A program made the position numbers and the translations under genes. A stretch of 63,158 nucleotides of DNA, counting the filler, from an uncultured bacterium (GTDB lineage: Bacteria; CAYSBA01), in the NCBI GenBank assembly GCA_964429075.1. It is 20 parts of 20 records of this genome, joined end to end, with 100 filler letters (N's around TTAATTAATTAA, not from the genome) between each part and the next. Parts side by side here need not be neighbours in the genome. Positions count along the whole stretch, not along the records: positions 9,820 to 12,981 come from CAYSBA010000224.1; positions 13,082 to 16,236 come from CAYSBA010000225.1; positions 16,337 to 19,488 come from CAYSBA010000226.1; positions 19,589 to 22,732 come from CAYSBA010000227.1; positions 22,833 to 25,968 come from CAYSBA010000228.1; 15 more parts are not named here. The stretch is one strand, 5' to 3'. Below the pieces are notes generated by a model, which saw only the letters and a program-made list of their open reading frames with translations, had not been told where the DNA came from and did no database searches. Shown piece by piece: positions 11,568 through 23,574 of the stretch (within the stretch, counting starts at the first letter, position 1; each line of letters starts with the position of its first letter).

Positions 11568-11680
11568 AGCTACCTCCTTTTGTTTTATATAGAAATAATG
11601 AATAATACAATATTATAGGTATTGTCAACAATAAATATTGAATGTATGATATCTATGAGAACTAAAAAAGGGAGTCAGAA

Positions 11681-12661
11681 ATGCAAAAGCTCTTGATATT
11701 GTGGTTTCTTTTTGTAGTACCTTATGTCACTCTGCCATATTCACTTTCTTTTGCAGAAACGAAGGTTCAGCCGAACAAGACTGTTAGGTCAGATGAAAAT
11801 ACAACGGACCAAAGCAGCTCAGAGAATGGGTTAATTGATCTGAGGGGGTTCTGGATCGGTCCATACGGGGTACTTCAGTTCTTTCAGAAAGGACATAGAA
11901 TAATAGCAAAGGTCTTCAGACCATCTGAAGAGTGTAGCTATCCTATAGACACAGTAATTATTGATGGAGTTATGGAAGAAGATAGCCTTTCTGGTAAGAT
12001 ACGTCCATGTTACAAAGATACAGCTTGTATTCAAAAAAATAAAGATCAATGGCTTTATATGATGTTATTAGTGGTGAACAAGGAAAGTATAAGTGGTGTT
12101 GTGCAGAATATGCAGAGTGAATGCAGGCAGGCGATAAAAGGTGGTGTAATAAAATTGATAAAGACATCCAAAAAAGATGTAATATCTAAAAAAGAGGGCC
12201 CAATTATAATAGGTAATGCAGGAGGGTATAATCCAATAAATAAAAAAACCTACGGTGATTTAAAGGCAATTTTAAAGGAAGCAAAGGCCTATCTTGAGGA
12301 GGGATACTTTGAAAGGGCAAGAAAACTCTTCTTAAAGGCCCTGGAAAAGGATCCACAGAATCCTGTAATCTACAACGGTATCGGTGTTACCTACTATGCA
12401 AGGAGAGATTTTCAAGAGGCCATGAGATGGTATAAAAAGTCCATAGACGTAAACCCAGAATTTGGTGATGGTTATTACAATATTGCCTGCATTTACTCCC
12501 TCTTGGGTAAGAAAAATCTAGCTATAAAGTATCTCAAGATAGCACTGTTAAATGGCTATGTCTCTCTGAAGGCGATGGAAGAAGACCCCGATCTAAATTC
12601 AATAAGGGACGAGCCAGAATATAAAGAGTTGATAAAACAACTAAGATCGCTTTCCAGATGA
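11681..12661 (+). CDS. Secreted tetratricopeptide-repeat protein
   Basis: Signal peptide; C-terminal TPRs (YNGIGVTY, YYNIACIYSL) and DPDLNSIR cap. Confidence 0.75.
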   Translation: MQKLLILWFLFVVPYVTLPYSLSFAETKVQPNKTVRSDENTTDQSSSENGLIDLRGFWIGPYGVLQFFQKGHRIIAKVFRPSEECSYPIDTVIIDGVMEEDSLSGKIRPCYKDTACIQKNKDQWLYMMLLVVNKESISGVVQNMQSECRQAIKGGVIKLIKTSKKDVISKKEGPIIIGNAGGYNPINKKTYGDLKAILKEAKAYLEEGYFERARKLFLKALEKDPQNPVIYNGIGVTYYARRDFQEAMRWYKKSIDVNPEFGDGYYNIACIYSLLGKKNLAIKYLKIALLNGYVSLKAMEEDPDLNSIRDEPEYKELIKQLRSLSR

Positions 12662-12772
12662 ATTATAAAAATAGTGTTTCAAAAACAATAAATATATAGT
12701 GCTTAGTTACTTAAATACCTTTTGTCTGTCATACTGGAATTAAGGAAACATGAATATTATGTGATGAAAAAG

Positions 12773-12859
12773 TACCGGGGGCCGGACTCGAACCGGCACT
12801 CCGTTGTGAACGGAGAGGGATTTTAAGTCCCTTGCGTCTACCAATTCCGCCACCCCGGC
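12773..12859 (-). tRNA. tRNA-Leu(TAA)
   Basis: Reverse complement GCCGGGG-TGGCGGAATTGGTAGACGC-AAGGGAC TTAAAA TCCCT-long variable arm-GCCGGTTCGAGTCCGGC-CCCCGGT-A; CCA not encoded. Confidence 0.95.
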
Positions 12860-12880
12860 TCTTTCGGTTATATTTAGCAC

Positions 12881-12909
12881 ACTATAAAAGCTTTTTAAAG
12901 TGCTATCAA
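12881..12909 (-). promoter_or_regulatory. Putative sigma70 promoter for tRNA-Leu
   Basis: TTGATA-N17-TATAGT on the minus strand, ending 21 nt upstream of the tRNA 5' end. Confidence 0.5.
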
Positions 12910-13081
12910 GAGCTTTTAAAGACCAAAGCTAAGGTCTTACGATAAGGTCTTATTGTCATACATGTTTAATCCTTATAACTANNNNNNNNNNNNNNNNNNN
13001 NNNNNNNNNNNNNNNNNNNNNNNNNTTAATTAATTAANNNNNNNNNNNNNNNNNNNNNNNNNNNNNNNNNNNNNNNNNNNN

Positions 13082-13773
<692 letters not shown>

Positions 13774-13788
13774 AATATATAAAGTTTA

Positions 13789-14196
13789 GTGAAGAAAAAA
13801 GAGGACAGAAGAAAGGGAGATAGACGTTCCTCAAAGATAAAGGTAGATCTCAACAAGCGTAAAAAACAACGCAGATGGCAGGGTGACAGACGGCAATCCC
13901 CAAGATTTGAAACAGAGGTCTGGCTTGGGACCCCTGATGGTGACTATTTTGAAAATCCCAAAAAAGCAACCATTAGCCTTGAGGGATGTGATTTTTTTGA
14001 TACCATACAATACAAAATGGGCGACACAATCCTGATAAAGTTTCATGCACCACAGCTGAAGCGCTGGTTTGAAATAGAGGGAAGGATTAAAGAATCACTT
14101 AAACTCGAAACCGGCTATCTAACGAGAATAAAATTTACTGACCTCTCACTGAAGGATGAACTCGGTCTTGCGAGACTGTTTGACACACTACTTTAA
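13789..14196 (+). CDS. PilZ-domain protein with basic N-terminus
   Basis: DRRQSPR (RxxxR), TISLEG (degenerate DxSxxG), C-terminal RIKFTDL. Confidence 0.65.
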   Translation: MKKKEDRRKGDRRSSKIKVDLNKRKKQRRWQGDRRQSPRFETEVWLGTPDGDYFENPKKATISLEGCDFFDTIQYKMGDTILIKFHAPQLKRWFEIEGRIKESLKLETGYLTRIKFTDLSLKDELGLARLFDTLL

Positions 14197-14207
14197 ACAG
14201 GCGGGGT

Positions 14208-14945
14208 ATGTACAGATACAGTCAACCCCGAACATCACCATATTCTCTAACCCCTACAGTCAAACTTCTGATCATAATCAATGCAATTGCATATTTAATA
14301 GAATTATTGTGGTTCTGGCTCACTGACAACAACCCCTGTCTGATTCTTCATCTTGGTCTTGTCCCCAGGAACCTTTTAAAAGGTGAGATATGGCAGGTTA
14401 TTACCTACGCGTTTCTGCACGATCCATCCGGACCCTCTCATATAATATTCAACATGTTTGCACTATGGATCTTTGGACCACTATTCGAAAGACTCTGGGG
14501 TAAGAGGTATTTTATAAAGTTCTATCTTATATCCACAATGATTGCTGCATCTTTTGTTATAGTTACATCCTTCTTTTCAACAAGGACATTCAACACACCT
14601 ACAATTGGTGCATCCGGAGCTATCTTCGCACTTCTTTCTGCCTATGGAATAATCTTTCCTGAAAACTATCTCTTTTTCTATTTTATACTACCCATAAAGG
14701 GGAGACATTTTCTCTATTTAATCATCGTAATTACTGCCATGTATGCACTCTCTGCCACACCTGTAAGTGCCTCTGCCCACTTTGGTGGTCTATTCGCAGG
14801 ATACATCCTTGTTACCGGAAGATGGCGACATCCGATTTCATCTATCAAAGAACTCTGGTTTTCAATCCTATACAGGATACAACATATTAAGAAAAAAAGA
14901 AGGTTCAGGGTAATTGATGACGACCATGATCAATATATCAACTAA
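14208..14945 (+). CDS. Rhomboid intramembrane serine protease
   Basis: WQVITYAFLH, HIIFNM, GASGA, AHFGG. Confidence 0.92.
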   Translation: MYRYSQPRTSPYSLTPTVKLLIIINAIAYLIELLWFWLTDNNPCLILHLGLVPRNLLKGEIWQVITYAFLHDPSGPSHIIFNMFALWIFGPLFERLWGKRYFIKFYLISTMIAASFVIVTSFFSTRTFNTPTIGASGAIFALLSAYGIIFPENYLFFYFILPIKGRHFLYLIIVITAMYALSATPVSASAHFGGLFAGYILVTGRWRHPISSIKELWFSILYRIQHIKKKRRFRVIDDDHDQYIN

Positions 14946-14984
14946 CTTGAAACAAAAGTGTGTTCAATGTAATATTAGAGCAAT

Positions 14985-16236
14985 ATGAAATGTAGAAATT
15001 GCAACACCGATATTCCTGATAACACCAGGTTTTGTCCGGCCTGCGGCTCTATGGTGGCCTTATCGCAGGACGAAGCCCAAAAACCACAAGATCCATTCAT
15101 AGGCAGGACCCTGAGCAATGGAAAGTTTAGAATTGAAAAGCTACTTGGTGAAGGGGGAATGGGGAGAGTCTATCAGGCAACTCAGGTACTACTAGAAAAG
15201 AAGGTATGTGTAAAGATATTACATCCCAATTTACTTGGGGATAAAAGTATAGAAGATAGATTTCTGGTTGAAGCAAAGGCTGCAAGCAGACTTAACCATC
15301 CCAACAGTATCCAGATTATTGATTATGGAAAAGAACCTGATGGCATTCTGTACATGGTCATGGAATTCCTTGAAGGGGTCGAACTCGGCGATCTAATTGC
15401 AAAAGAGGGTCCCCTCCCAGAAAAGAGGGTAATCAACATTATCTCTCAGGTTTTAAGTGCACTAAGTGAGGCCCATGCAAGGGGAGTGATTCATCGAGAT
15501 CTGAAACCAGAGAATATCGTAATACTAAATAAAGGGCCAACAGAAGACTATATCAAGGTCCTAGACTTTGGTATTGCAAAGATTCAGGAGTCTGGCAACA
15601 AAAGACTGACCAGGGCTGGCATGGTGATTGGCACACCAGAGTATATGTCTCCAGAACAGGCACGGGGTGAAGAGCTGGATGCTCGATCTGATCTATATTC
15701 GATTGGTGTGGTGATGTACCAATGTGTTACTGGTAAACTTCCCTTTGACGCCCCCACACCAATGGCAATTGTTACCAAACACCTGAATGAACAACCTGTT
15801 CCACCAAAACAGCTTAACTCGCAGATTTCAGATGGACTTGAAGCCATAATTCTCAGGGCGATGGAAAAAGACAGGGAAAAACGCTTCAGGAATGCTGAAG
15901 AGATGAGACAGGAGTTAAAAAGACTGCTCGAACAAAAGCCTGCCCAAACGCAACAAACAGCACCCAAAAAAAAGACTCTACATCTATCTACAATACCTGT
16001 AAATCAACAGGCAGTCCAACAGAGGGTTGCAGAAAAAAGGCCAGGAGCTGCACAACAAAAAGATGAGATTCAACCGTTAATAAAGACTACACCTGCAACT
16101 TCTCACACAGAGGCTTCTTATGATGAAAATGATCAGATACTACCAGAATACAAAAGCAGAAAAGGCCTTAAGATTACAATTGCAGTAGTGATTCTACTTA
16201 TGATTCTTGGTGGGGGATGGCTATTTTTAAAAAAAG
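14985..16236 (+). CDS. Ser/Thr protein kinase with N-terminal zinc ribbon and TM, 3'-truncated
   Basis: CRNC..FCPACG, LGEGGMGRVY, HRDLKPEN, DFG, GTPEYMSPEQ. Confidence 0.93.
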
Positions 16237-16447
16237 NNNNNNNNNNNNNNNNNNNNNNNNNNNNNNNNNNNNNNNNNNNNTTAATTAATTAANNNNNNNN
16301 NNNNNNNNNNNNNNNNNNNNNNNNNNNNNNNNNNNNGTAGATAGTATTATAGCAACTATACATACAAAAAACAGTATTAAAAGGTCTCTTTCGGTCCTAT
16401 TTAAAGAGAGCCCAAAAAATCTTTTGATAACTATCCCCCTTTTTTAT

Positions 16448-16846
16448 CTAAAAATCCTCCTCATCATCAAGATAAAAGAGTGGTTCCCTCTTTTTGAGGA
16501 AGTTGGATATATACTCACGGTCTTCTTCTTTAATTTCTACAAACTTGACCCCTATACCGGGTGTAGAATCCTTCTGATAGGGGTTGTACTCCTTTACCCA
16601 TCTTACCTCAACAGTAGCTTTTATAATCCTTTTATCCTCAAAAGCAAGCTCAATCTCGAGTCTGTCTCCAATCTCCCAGTGATCATAGGTGGCAATAAAT
16701 AGCCCACCTGCACTGATATCCTTGGTAAACCCTACATAAAAGTTGGTATCACTATGCATTGTAATTTCAAGCCGCTCTGGAAATCTTTTAAATTCCCTTC
16801 TTTCTACTGCTGATGTCTTTTCTTTTTCTTTATCTTCCTTCTGCAT
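16448..16846 (-). CDS. PilZ-domain protein (TIGR02266-like, myxobacterial type)
   Basis: ERREFKR, SDTNFYVGFTKDISAGGLFIAT, PGIGVKF, FLKKREPLFY. Confidence 0.82.
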   Translation of the reverse strand: MQKEDKEKEKTSAVERREFKRFPERLEITMHSDTNFYVGFTKDISAGGLFIATYDHWEIGDRLEIELAFEDKRIIKATVEVRWVKEYNPYQKDSTPGIGVKFVEIKEEDREYISNFLKKREPLFYLDDEEDF

Positions 16847-16926
16847 ATTCTATACCCTCCTGCCCCCCCTTTTATCTGCTATATAGAGAAACTGTATTAT
16901 TACAATAAAAGATAATTTGCAATATC

Positions 16927-19092
16927 TTAGCCTGCATCTTTATATATCTTTATCGTTCCATCTTTCAGACGCCTGAAATAATCTGAGGTTAATCTTTTTA
17001 CCTGAGAAGAAAGGAGCATAGCAGCAATGATATTTGGAACAGCCATCATTGCAAACATGGTGTCTGAAAAATCAACAATTGGTGTCAACTGCCAAATCGA
17101 TCCTGTAAAAATAGCAATTACGTAGATTATTTTATACGGTAAGACAGCAGACCTGCCAAAAAGATAAAATGCACCAGTCTCACCATAATAGGACCAGGAT
17201 ATCATAGTGGAATAGGCAAAAAGAATAACAGCAAGTGCAACAAAATACTTACCAAAACCAGAAATCGCCTGATCAAAAGAAAAGGCAGTCAGCCTTACTC
17301 CATCAAGTGGTAAAATTCCATACACCTTACCGTCAAAGGAAAATCCCGTCGATGCGGTCTTAAGATTTATATCAAGCGCCCTGAATATACCTGCCTTCTC
17401 ATCAAAGGACCACAACCTTGAATCTTTCTGTGCATAAAGTCCCAATGAAGGGTGAACAAGAAATCTGCCAGAAGGAGCGATAAGTTCTGTTGAATAGACA
17501 TTTATAAGGGTGCCATCGGGTTTTAGATGTCTGATGACAGCCTTCTTTGGATCATCTGATTCTACAAGGATAAGTGAAAAAAGTCCATCCTTTCTTGCAA
17601 AGAGTGCACCATCAGAAAAGCGGGTTACTAATTCTATTCTCCTTATCCCATTGTTTCTGATTAAGTACATAGATTTTTCATCATCTAACAGAATAAAGGC
17701 ACCGTTAAACCTTGGATGTGTTAGGATCTTGATTATGGAAGCGCTAAAAAATAGACTCTTTTTGTTTTCGAGATACCATCTTTCTCTGTTTTTATGGAAC
17801 TTAAAGATCTTTATTAAAGAACCTTCACTAACTGCAAGCTCAAGACCTGAATCATTATCGAGGCCGGCAAGAGCAAAGTCCTGTATTCTCTCAGAACAGT
17901 AAAAAGTATACAGCCTGTCTTTCTGGTATAGATCTATGCATCTGTATTTATCTTTATCTGTGAGCATCAGATATGAGTCGTCAAGCCAGTCTGTAGGAAG
18001 GACCTTTACCACCTTCTCTCGCAAATGAATGGTCTTTACCTCAGTTAGCTTTTGCTTATCTCTATCAAGACTGTAGATAACAAGATCACCGCTGTTTTTG
18101 TATGTACCTGTTATAATAATTACAAGGGCTGTCATTGTACATACCACTATTGTGTCGATAAATGGCCCAAGCATTGCAACAAGACCCTCTCTTACAGGCT
18201 CATCTGTTTTTGCTGCTGCATGAGCTATGGGTGCAGAACCCAGTCCTGCCTCGTTAGAGAATACAGCCCTTCTTACCCCGTGCTTCAGTGCTGAACCGAG
18301 TACATATCCAAAGGAACCGGCACCGGCTTTGTGGATGGCGTTTGTAAATGCATCGGAAAAGATGAGTGAGAATAGGGCAGGGAGCTGATCAATATGGGTT
18401 AAGATTACGTAGGTCCCACCCAGTATGTAGACTATACACATAAAAGGAACGATCTTTTCTGCAACCTTACCAATTCGTTTAATTCCACCAATTATTACAA
18501 GGGCAACTAACACACTCAAGACGGCACCGGTCAATACCTTTGGTATGTGAAAATATCCATTAAGGACCTCACCAACCTGATTTGATTGAAACATATTACC
18601 GCCACCAAAGCTTGCAAATGTACAGAATATTGCAAAAAGAACTGCAAGGAATTTGAAAGAGTCACCGAGTCCTCTTTCTATAAAATACATTGGTCCACCC
18701 CTAACACTGCCATCCTCAAAGACCTTTCTGTATCTGTTTGAAAGCAGACAGGTAGTATATTTTGTGGCCATTCCAAAGGTAGCTACAACCCACATCCAGA
18801 ATACTGCACCAGGACCACCTGACTTTATTGCAACAGCAACGCCTGCAATGTTACCAAGCCCAATGGTTGCTGAAAGGGCTGCTGAGAGTGCCTGAAGATG
18901 TGATATCTCGCCTTTGTCTTCTGGATTATCATAATCACCTTTTACAATCCTTAAGGCATGCAGAAATCCACTTATCTGAATGGCACCAAACCGTATAGTA
19001 AAATATATGCCTGCACCAAGACAGAGGATTATTAACGGCCATCCCCAGGCATAAGATACTGCAACAGATAAAAGTCTACTCAAACTCTCCAA
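16927..19092 (-). CDS. Alanine/glycine:cation symporter (AGCS) with large soluble insert
   Basis: ATIGLGNIAGVA, GGPGAVFWMW, GGPMYFI, FSNEAGLGSAP, FIDTIVVCTMT, STMISWSYYGE. Confidence 0.9.
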   Translation of the reverse strand: MESLSRLLSVAVSYAWGWPLIILCLGAGIYFTIRFGAIQISGFLHALRIVKGDYDNPEDKGEISHLQALSAALSATIGLGNIAGVAVAIKSGGPGAVFWMWVVATFGMATKYTTCLLSNRYRKVFEDGSVRGGPMYFIERGLGDSFKFLAVLFAIFCTFASFGGGNMFQSNQVGEVLNGYFHIPKVLTGAVLSVLVALVIIGGIKRIGKVAEKIVPFMCIVYILGGTYVILTHIDQLPALFSLIFSDAFTNAIHKAGAGSFGYVLGSALKHGVRRAVFSNEAGLGSAPIAHAAAKTDEPVREGLVAMLGPFIDTIVVCTMTALVIIITGTYKNSGDLVIYSLDRDKQKLTEVKTIHLREKVVKVLPTDWLDDSYLMLTDKDKYRCIDLYQKDRLYTFYCSERIQDFALAGLDNDSGLELAVSEGSLIKIFKFHKNRERWYLENKKSLFFSASIIKILTHPRFNGAFILLDDEKSMYLIRNNGIRRIELVTRFSDGALFARKDGLFSLILVESDDPKKAVIRHLKPDGTLINVYSTELIAPSGRFLVHPSLGLYAQKDSRLWSFDEKAGIFRALDINLKTASTGFSFDGKVYGILPLDGVRLTAFSFDQAISGFGKYFVALAVILFAYSTMISWSYYGETGAFYLFGRSAVLPYKIIYVIAIFTGSIWQLTPIVDFSDTMFAMMAVPNIIAAMLLSSQVKRLTSDYFRRLKDGTIKIYKDAG

Positions 19093-19488
19093 ATCTATCG
19101 CCTTCTTTTATTTCTCTACCTCTTAAGAATTCATCTGCTTCCATCTCTCTTCTGCCTTCTGGCTTCAAACGTTTTACCAATAACATATAATCTTTGCAAT
19201 CTACAAGTATTCTTTGCCCTATTATATGTATTGTACCAGGATCACTCTTTGCCTTGAGTTTTGTGGGTTCTGCCTGTGTTATGATTATCCTTTTTTTATT
19301 AAAAAAAGTAAATGTCCCGGGCCAGGGATTCAATGCCCTTATCCTGTTGTTGATCTCTACAACGGTCATGTTGAAGTCAACCAGACCATCTTTTTTCTTT
19401 ATCAATTTAGTATATGTTGCCCTGGAATGGTCCTGCTCAATATATGTTGGATTACCAGAAGCTATCAAATTTATTGCCTCTCTAAGGG
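19076..19488 (-). CDS. fmt: Methionyl-tRNA formyltransferase, C-terminal part (5'-truncated)
   Basis: EQDHSRATYTKLIKKKDG, IRALNPWPG, LKPEGRREM..EFLRG. Confidence 0.88.
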
Positions 19489-19588
19489 NNNNNNNNNNNN
19501 NNNNNNNNNNNNNNNNNNNNNNNNNNNNNNNNTTAATTAATTAANNNNNNNNNNNNNNNNNNNNNNNNNNNNNNNNNNNNNNNNNNNN

Positions 19589-19874
19589 GGGATATTCCGA
19601 TCTTATGGATTCACATGATAAAAGAGCAGCAATAGTATCAGGATGTTTGATAGAGGTGGATAGATTTCTTGGCTCAAAATCCGGAAAAGAGACCGACCTT
19701 TATGATAAATTTAAGGAGTGCATGGAGCTTCTTGAGCTGAAGAGGATTAAAAAAAGGATTGAAAAGATTACAGAAATAATAAGGACAGGTGGGTTAAAGG
19801 ATAGCGAAAAAATCACTCTTTTAAAAGAAAAGAGCGAACTGCAAAAAAAGATGAATATTAAAAATCGAAGGTGA
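19589..19874 (+). CDS. dnaG: Probable DNA primase C-terminal fragment
   Basis: Helical C-terminal fragment directly upstream of rpoD; call rests mainly on conserved dnaG-rpoD order. Confidence 0.5.
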
Positions 19875-19883
19875 GGAGTAGTT

Positions 19884-21638
19884 ATGGCTAATAAATCCAC
19901 AAAAAAATTGGATGTTACAGTCAAAAAAATTCTCGAGAAGGGTAAGAAGAAGGGTTACCTCACCTATGAGGAGATTAATGAATGTGTGTCTGAAGAGGAT
20001 ATAAATGAGGGTCGTCTAAACGACATCTTCAATCAGATAGAGAGGGAAGATATCGATATAGTTGATTCTGACGCAGATTACGCACCACATGATGATGTAG
20101 ATGACTCTCTTATAACTCAGGAGGTTGTCTCCACTTACACTGAAAGGGCCACCTTTTCGAGTAATGATCCTATAAGGGTGTACCTGAGGAGGATGATTTC
20201 GAGTACACCGATGAGCAGGGAAGACGAAATTAATGTGGCGCGAGAAATAGAGGAAGGACAGAAACAGATACTGCTTATAACACTAAAGTCAAGGGTGGTA
20301 ATAGAAGAGCTTAAGATATTGAAAGAGGATATAGAATCTGAGAAGGTGAGCCTTGTTGAGGTTATTAAAGGTGTTGAGGATGATACCACCAAAGAGGAGC
20401 GTGAAGATATTAAAGAAAAGCTGCTTGAAGTCATAGGCAAAATGGTTATATGTGCAACAAATCTACAGGAGTCTGAGAAAAGATTAAAGAGGGAAAAAGA
20501 TACAAAGAAGCTTTCAACCATAAAACGAAGGATAACAAATTTACGAAAGCAGCTTATAAGATATATTGATGAGATGAACCCAAGTTCTAAGACCATCACA
20601 AGGTTAACAAATGTTTTTAAAAATCAGGTTAACAAGCTAGAAAGTGTTGAAAGAGAGATCGTTACATGTGAAAAATCCATAGGCATGTCAAGAAAGGATG
20701 CTATGGCTTTATTTAAAGATATCTTAAATAATAGAGTTAACATGGAGGAGGTGGAGCAAAAACTTGGATTAAGTTACAATGAGCTCTACAATAAGATGCT
20801 TATAATCAAACAGTGCAGAGATAGAAAAAGAAAGTTTGAAAGGACTATGGGTCTTAAGTATGATACTGCTCTGGAATTAAACAAAAAGATAATAGAGTTA
20901 GAAAGGCGTGTAAGTGATGCAAAACAAAAGATAATTGTTGCAAATCTCAGACTTGTAGTAAGTATAGCCAAAAAGTATACAAACCGGGGGCTTCAGTTTC
21001 TCGATCTAATTCAGGAGGGTAATATAGGTCTTGTAAAGGCTGTAGAAAAATTTGAATACAGAAGGGGATACAAATTTTCAACCTATGCTACATGGTGGAT
21101 AAGGCAGGCAATAACACGATCGATTGCTGATCAGTCAAGGACTATCAGGATACCTGTTCATATGGTAGAGACAATAAATAAGCTGAATAGAACAACAAAA
21201 TATCTAATTCAAAAATTGGGTAGAGAACCAACTCCAGAAGAGATGGCAAAGAGTCTTGAGATGCCTGTATCTAAGGTCAGAAAGATTATGAAGATTGCAA
21301 AACAGCCAGTATCACTTGAAACTCCTATTGGAGAGGATGGTGACAGCAGTCTTGCAGATATAATCGAGGATAAAGATATCAGACAGCCTGCAGATTTTGT
21401 TATCAGCAAGAACCTTGCAGAAAAATGTAGACAGATATTAAATACACTAACAGAAAGGGAAGAGAAGGTTCTAAGGATGAGATTTGGTATTGACGAAAAG
21501 ACAGATTATACCCTCGAAGAGGTGGGGCGTGATTTTGATGTAACAAGAGAACGTATCAGACAGATTGAGGCAAAGGCACTAAAAAAGCTCAAACATCCAA
21601 GGAGAAGAAAAATTATTGAAGATTTCTTTGAAGATTAA
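19884..21638 (+). CDS. rpoD: RNA polymerase primary sigma factor
   Basis: Region 1.1 ([12 protein letters not shown]), [51 protein letters not shown]. Confidence 0.96.
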   Translation: MANKSTKKLDVTVKKILEKGKKKGYLTYEEINECVSEEDINEGRLNDIFNQIEREDIDIVDSDADYAPHDDVDDSLITQEVVSTYTERATFSSNDPIRVYLRRMISSTPMSREDEINVAREIEEGQKQILLITLKSRVVIEELKILKEDIESEKVSLVEVIKGVEDDTTKEEREDIKEKLLEVIGKMVICATNLQESEKRLKREKDTKKLSTIKRRITNLRKQLIRYIDEMNPSSKTITRLTNVFKNQVNKLESVEREIVTCEKSIGMSRKDAMALFKDILNNRVNMEEVEQKLGLSYNELYNKMLIIKQCRDRKRKFERTMGLKYDTALELNKKIIELERRVSDAKQKIIVANLRLVVSIAKKYTNRGLQFLDLIQEGNIGLVKAVEKFEYRRGYKFSTYATWWIRQAITRSIADQSRTIRIPVHMVETINKLNRTTKYLIQKLGREPTPEEMAKSLEMPVSKVRKIMKIAKQPVSLETPIGEDGDSSLADIIEDKDIRQPADFVISKNLAEKCRQILNTLTEREEKVLRMRFGIDEKTDYTLEEVGRDFDVTRERIRQIEAKALKKLKHPRRRKIIEDFFED

Positions 21639-21653
21639 TTTAAAAGGGAGAGT

Positions 21654-22124
21654 ATGATGAAAGATCTCATAGAATCAATCCTGCGTGCAGAGATGGTATC
21701 TAAATATTTTTACCTTGAGTTCTGCAGGTACATAAAGGATCATCAGACACTTGAAAGGGTAAGGACTCTGGCAGATGAGGAACAGATGCATTTTGATACA
21801 TTGAAAGAGCATTATAACTCAGACTATGAACCCGATTTAGATGACGTAAAGAGTGAGGTAAAAAAGATATTCGAAGAATCACTACATTTCTCAAGACCCT
21901 CAATGGGGGTTCAGAAACTACTTCAGATAGCTATTGAAAGAGAAGATAAGGCCTACAGAAGATATAAAGAGATGATGGAAAAAGAGACAGATCCTGAAAA
22001 AAAGAAGGTACTTCAGAGGATTGCTGACATGGAGTTTTCTCATCGTACAATCTTTGAACATGAGCTCAGTTTTGAAAGCGGACAGCCAAGCTGGTTTGAG
22101 AGTGACACCTATGTAAGGGAATAG
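21654..22124 (+). CDS. Rubrerythrin/ferritin-like di-iron protein
   Basis: Two ExxH motifs (EEQMH, MEFSH) in a four-helix pattern. Confidence 0.75.
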   Translation: MMKDLIESILRAEMVSKYFYLEFCRYIKDHQTLERVRTLADEEQMHFDTLKEHYNSDYEPDLDDVKSEVKKIFEESLHFSRPSMGVQKLLQIAIEREDKAYRRYKEMMEKETDPEKKKVLQRIADMEFSHRTIFEHELSFESGQPSWFESDTYVRE

Positions 22125-22135
22125 GATACTTCAAG

Positions 22136-22732
22136 GTGTTCAATCGGAGTAGATTTTTTTTAATATTTCTTCTATCCATTAGTATATGTTTGAAATCCTG
22201 GGCCCGCAATTTCCAGACCGAGCTGGAGCTAAGTGGTGGACTTTTAGAAAATAATGCAAATTTAGGTTTTAATCTTTCTCTTTTTTTATCGCAGGATGTT
22301 TTTGATCTATACTTAGTTTTCCCATTAAATCTGATTATAGAAAAGGGGGTTTTATTTAGAAACGAGGACTATAATAATATATCTGATCTGGGGCGTATCA
22401 TTAGAAAATTTTCAATATTTCCCAAAAATGATAATAAAAAAAAGATATTAACCCTTGGTAGTATTGCAGATGTTACCATCGGGAGTGGAACAGTGGTCTA
22501 TGGTATGTACAATAATCTCGATTATGACCTGCCTCAGATTGGAATAATAACCAGTCAGTGGGCTGATACTTTTGGATTTACCCTGATATCAAATAATATT
22601 CTGGATCCTGCTGTGGTTGCAGCAGATGGAGGTGTGAAGATCAATAAATATAAAACGGGACTAACAGTTGCTGGAGACCTTAAAGATAGTGTAGTATTTT
22701 TTGATATTTATGCCTCGGGTCCTAAGATATTT
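22136..22732 (+). CDS. Secreted hypothetical protein, 3'-truncated
   Basis: Signal-like N-terminus; beta-rich sequence. Confidence 0.5.
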
Positions 22733-22832
22733 NNNNNNNNNNNNNNNNNNNNNNNNNNNNNNNNNNNNNNNNNNNNTTAATTAATTAANNNNNNNNNNNN
22801 NNNNNNNNNNNNNNNNNNNNNNNNNNNNNNNN

Positions 22833-23574
22833 GTCTTATCTCTTTTTTTACATAATCCGAATAGATACTCTCTAACTCCTCTTCATAGTTATCTACAAGT
22901 TCCCTGATAGGACCTTTTTTGCTGAAAATAAAATCGTAGGCCCTTTTTATCTCTCGAATCGTCTCTGAATCGTACCCACGCCTCTTTAGCCCTATTACAT
23001 TTACACCTCTTAGCCGTGCTTCCATACCATCAGCAATGCAGAATGGAGGTACATCTCTTGTGACCTTGCTCATAGCCCCGATGTAGGCATGATCACCAAT
23101 AGTCCTAAACTGCACCACTCCTACAAAACCACCAACAACAGCCCAATCTCTAATAGTTACATGACCTGCAAGGTTTGTAGAATTTGCAAGGACGACATTG
23201 TTGTTGATTATACAATCATGAGCAATATGACAGTATGCCATAAATAGGTTGTTGGATCCAATCTTTGTTATACCACCACCACCCTCTGTGCCCCTGTTTA
23301 CGGTTACACACTCTCTGAAGACATTATTGTCGCCGATCTCAACAATGCTGCGTTCTCCTTTGAATTTAAGATCCTGTGGTATCTCTCCAATTGAGCAAAA
23401 CTGAAAAAAAATATTGTTTTTGCCTACAGTGCAGGGGCCTCTTATCACCACATGAGATTTCAATACAGTACCTGTTTTTATCCTTACATCATCACCAATA
23501 ATGCAATAAGGCCCTATTTCAACACCATCTTCAATCTCAGAATGTTTTGATATTATTGCTGTTTTGTGGATCAT
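22833..23574 (-). CDS. lpxA: UDP-N-acetylglucosamine acyltransferase, 3'-truncated
   Basis: Hexapeptide repeats, PQDLKFKGE, HIAHDC, LAGHV; follows fabZ. Confidence 0.94.

Noticed and set aside
12875-12955. Imperfect inverted repeat and duplicated TAAGGTCTTA near tRNA-Leu as an att site or operator
   Set aside because: It lies on the tRNA 5' promoter side, is short and imperfect, and no integrase is on the contig.
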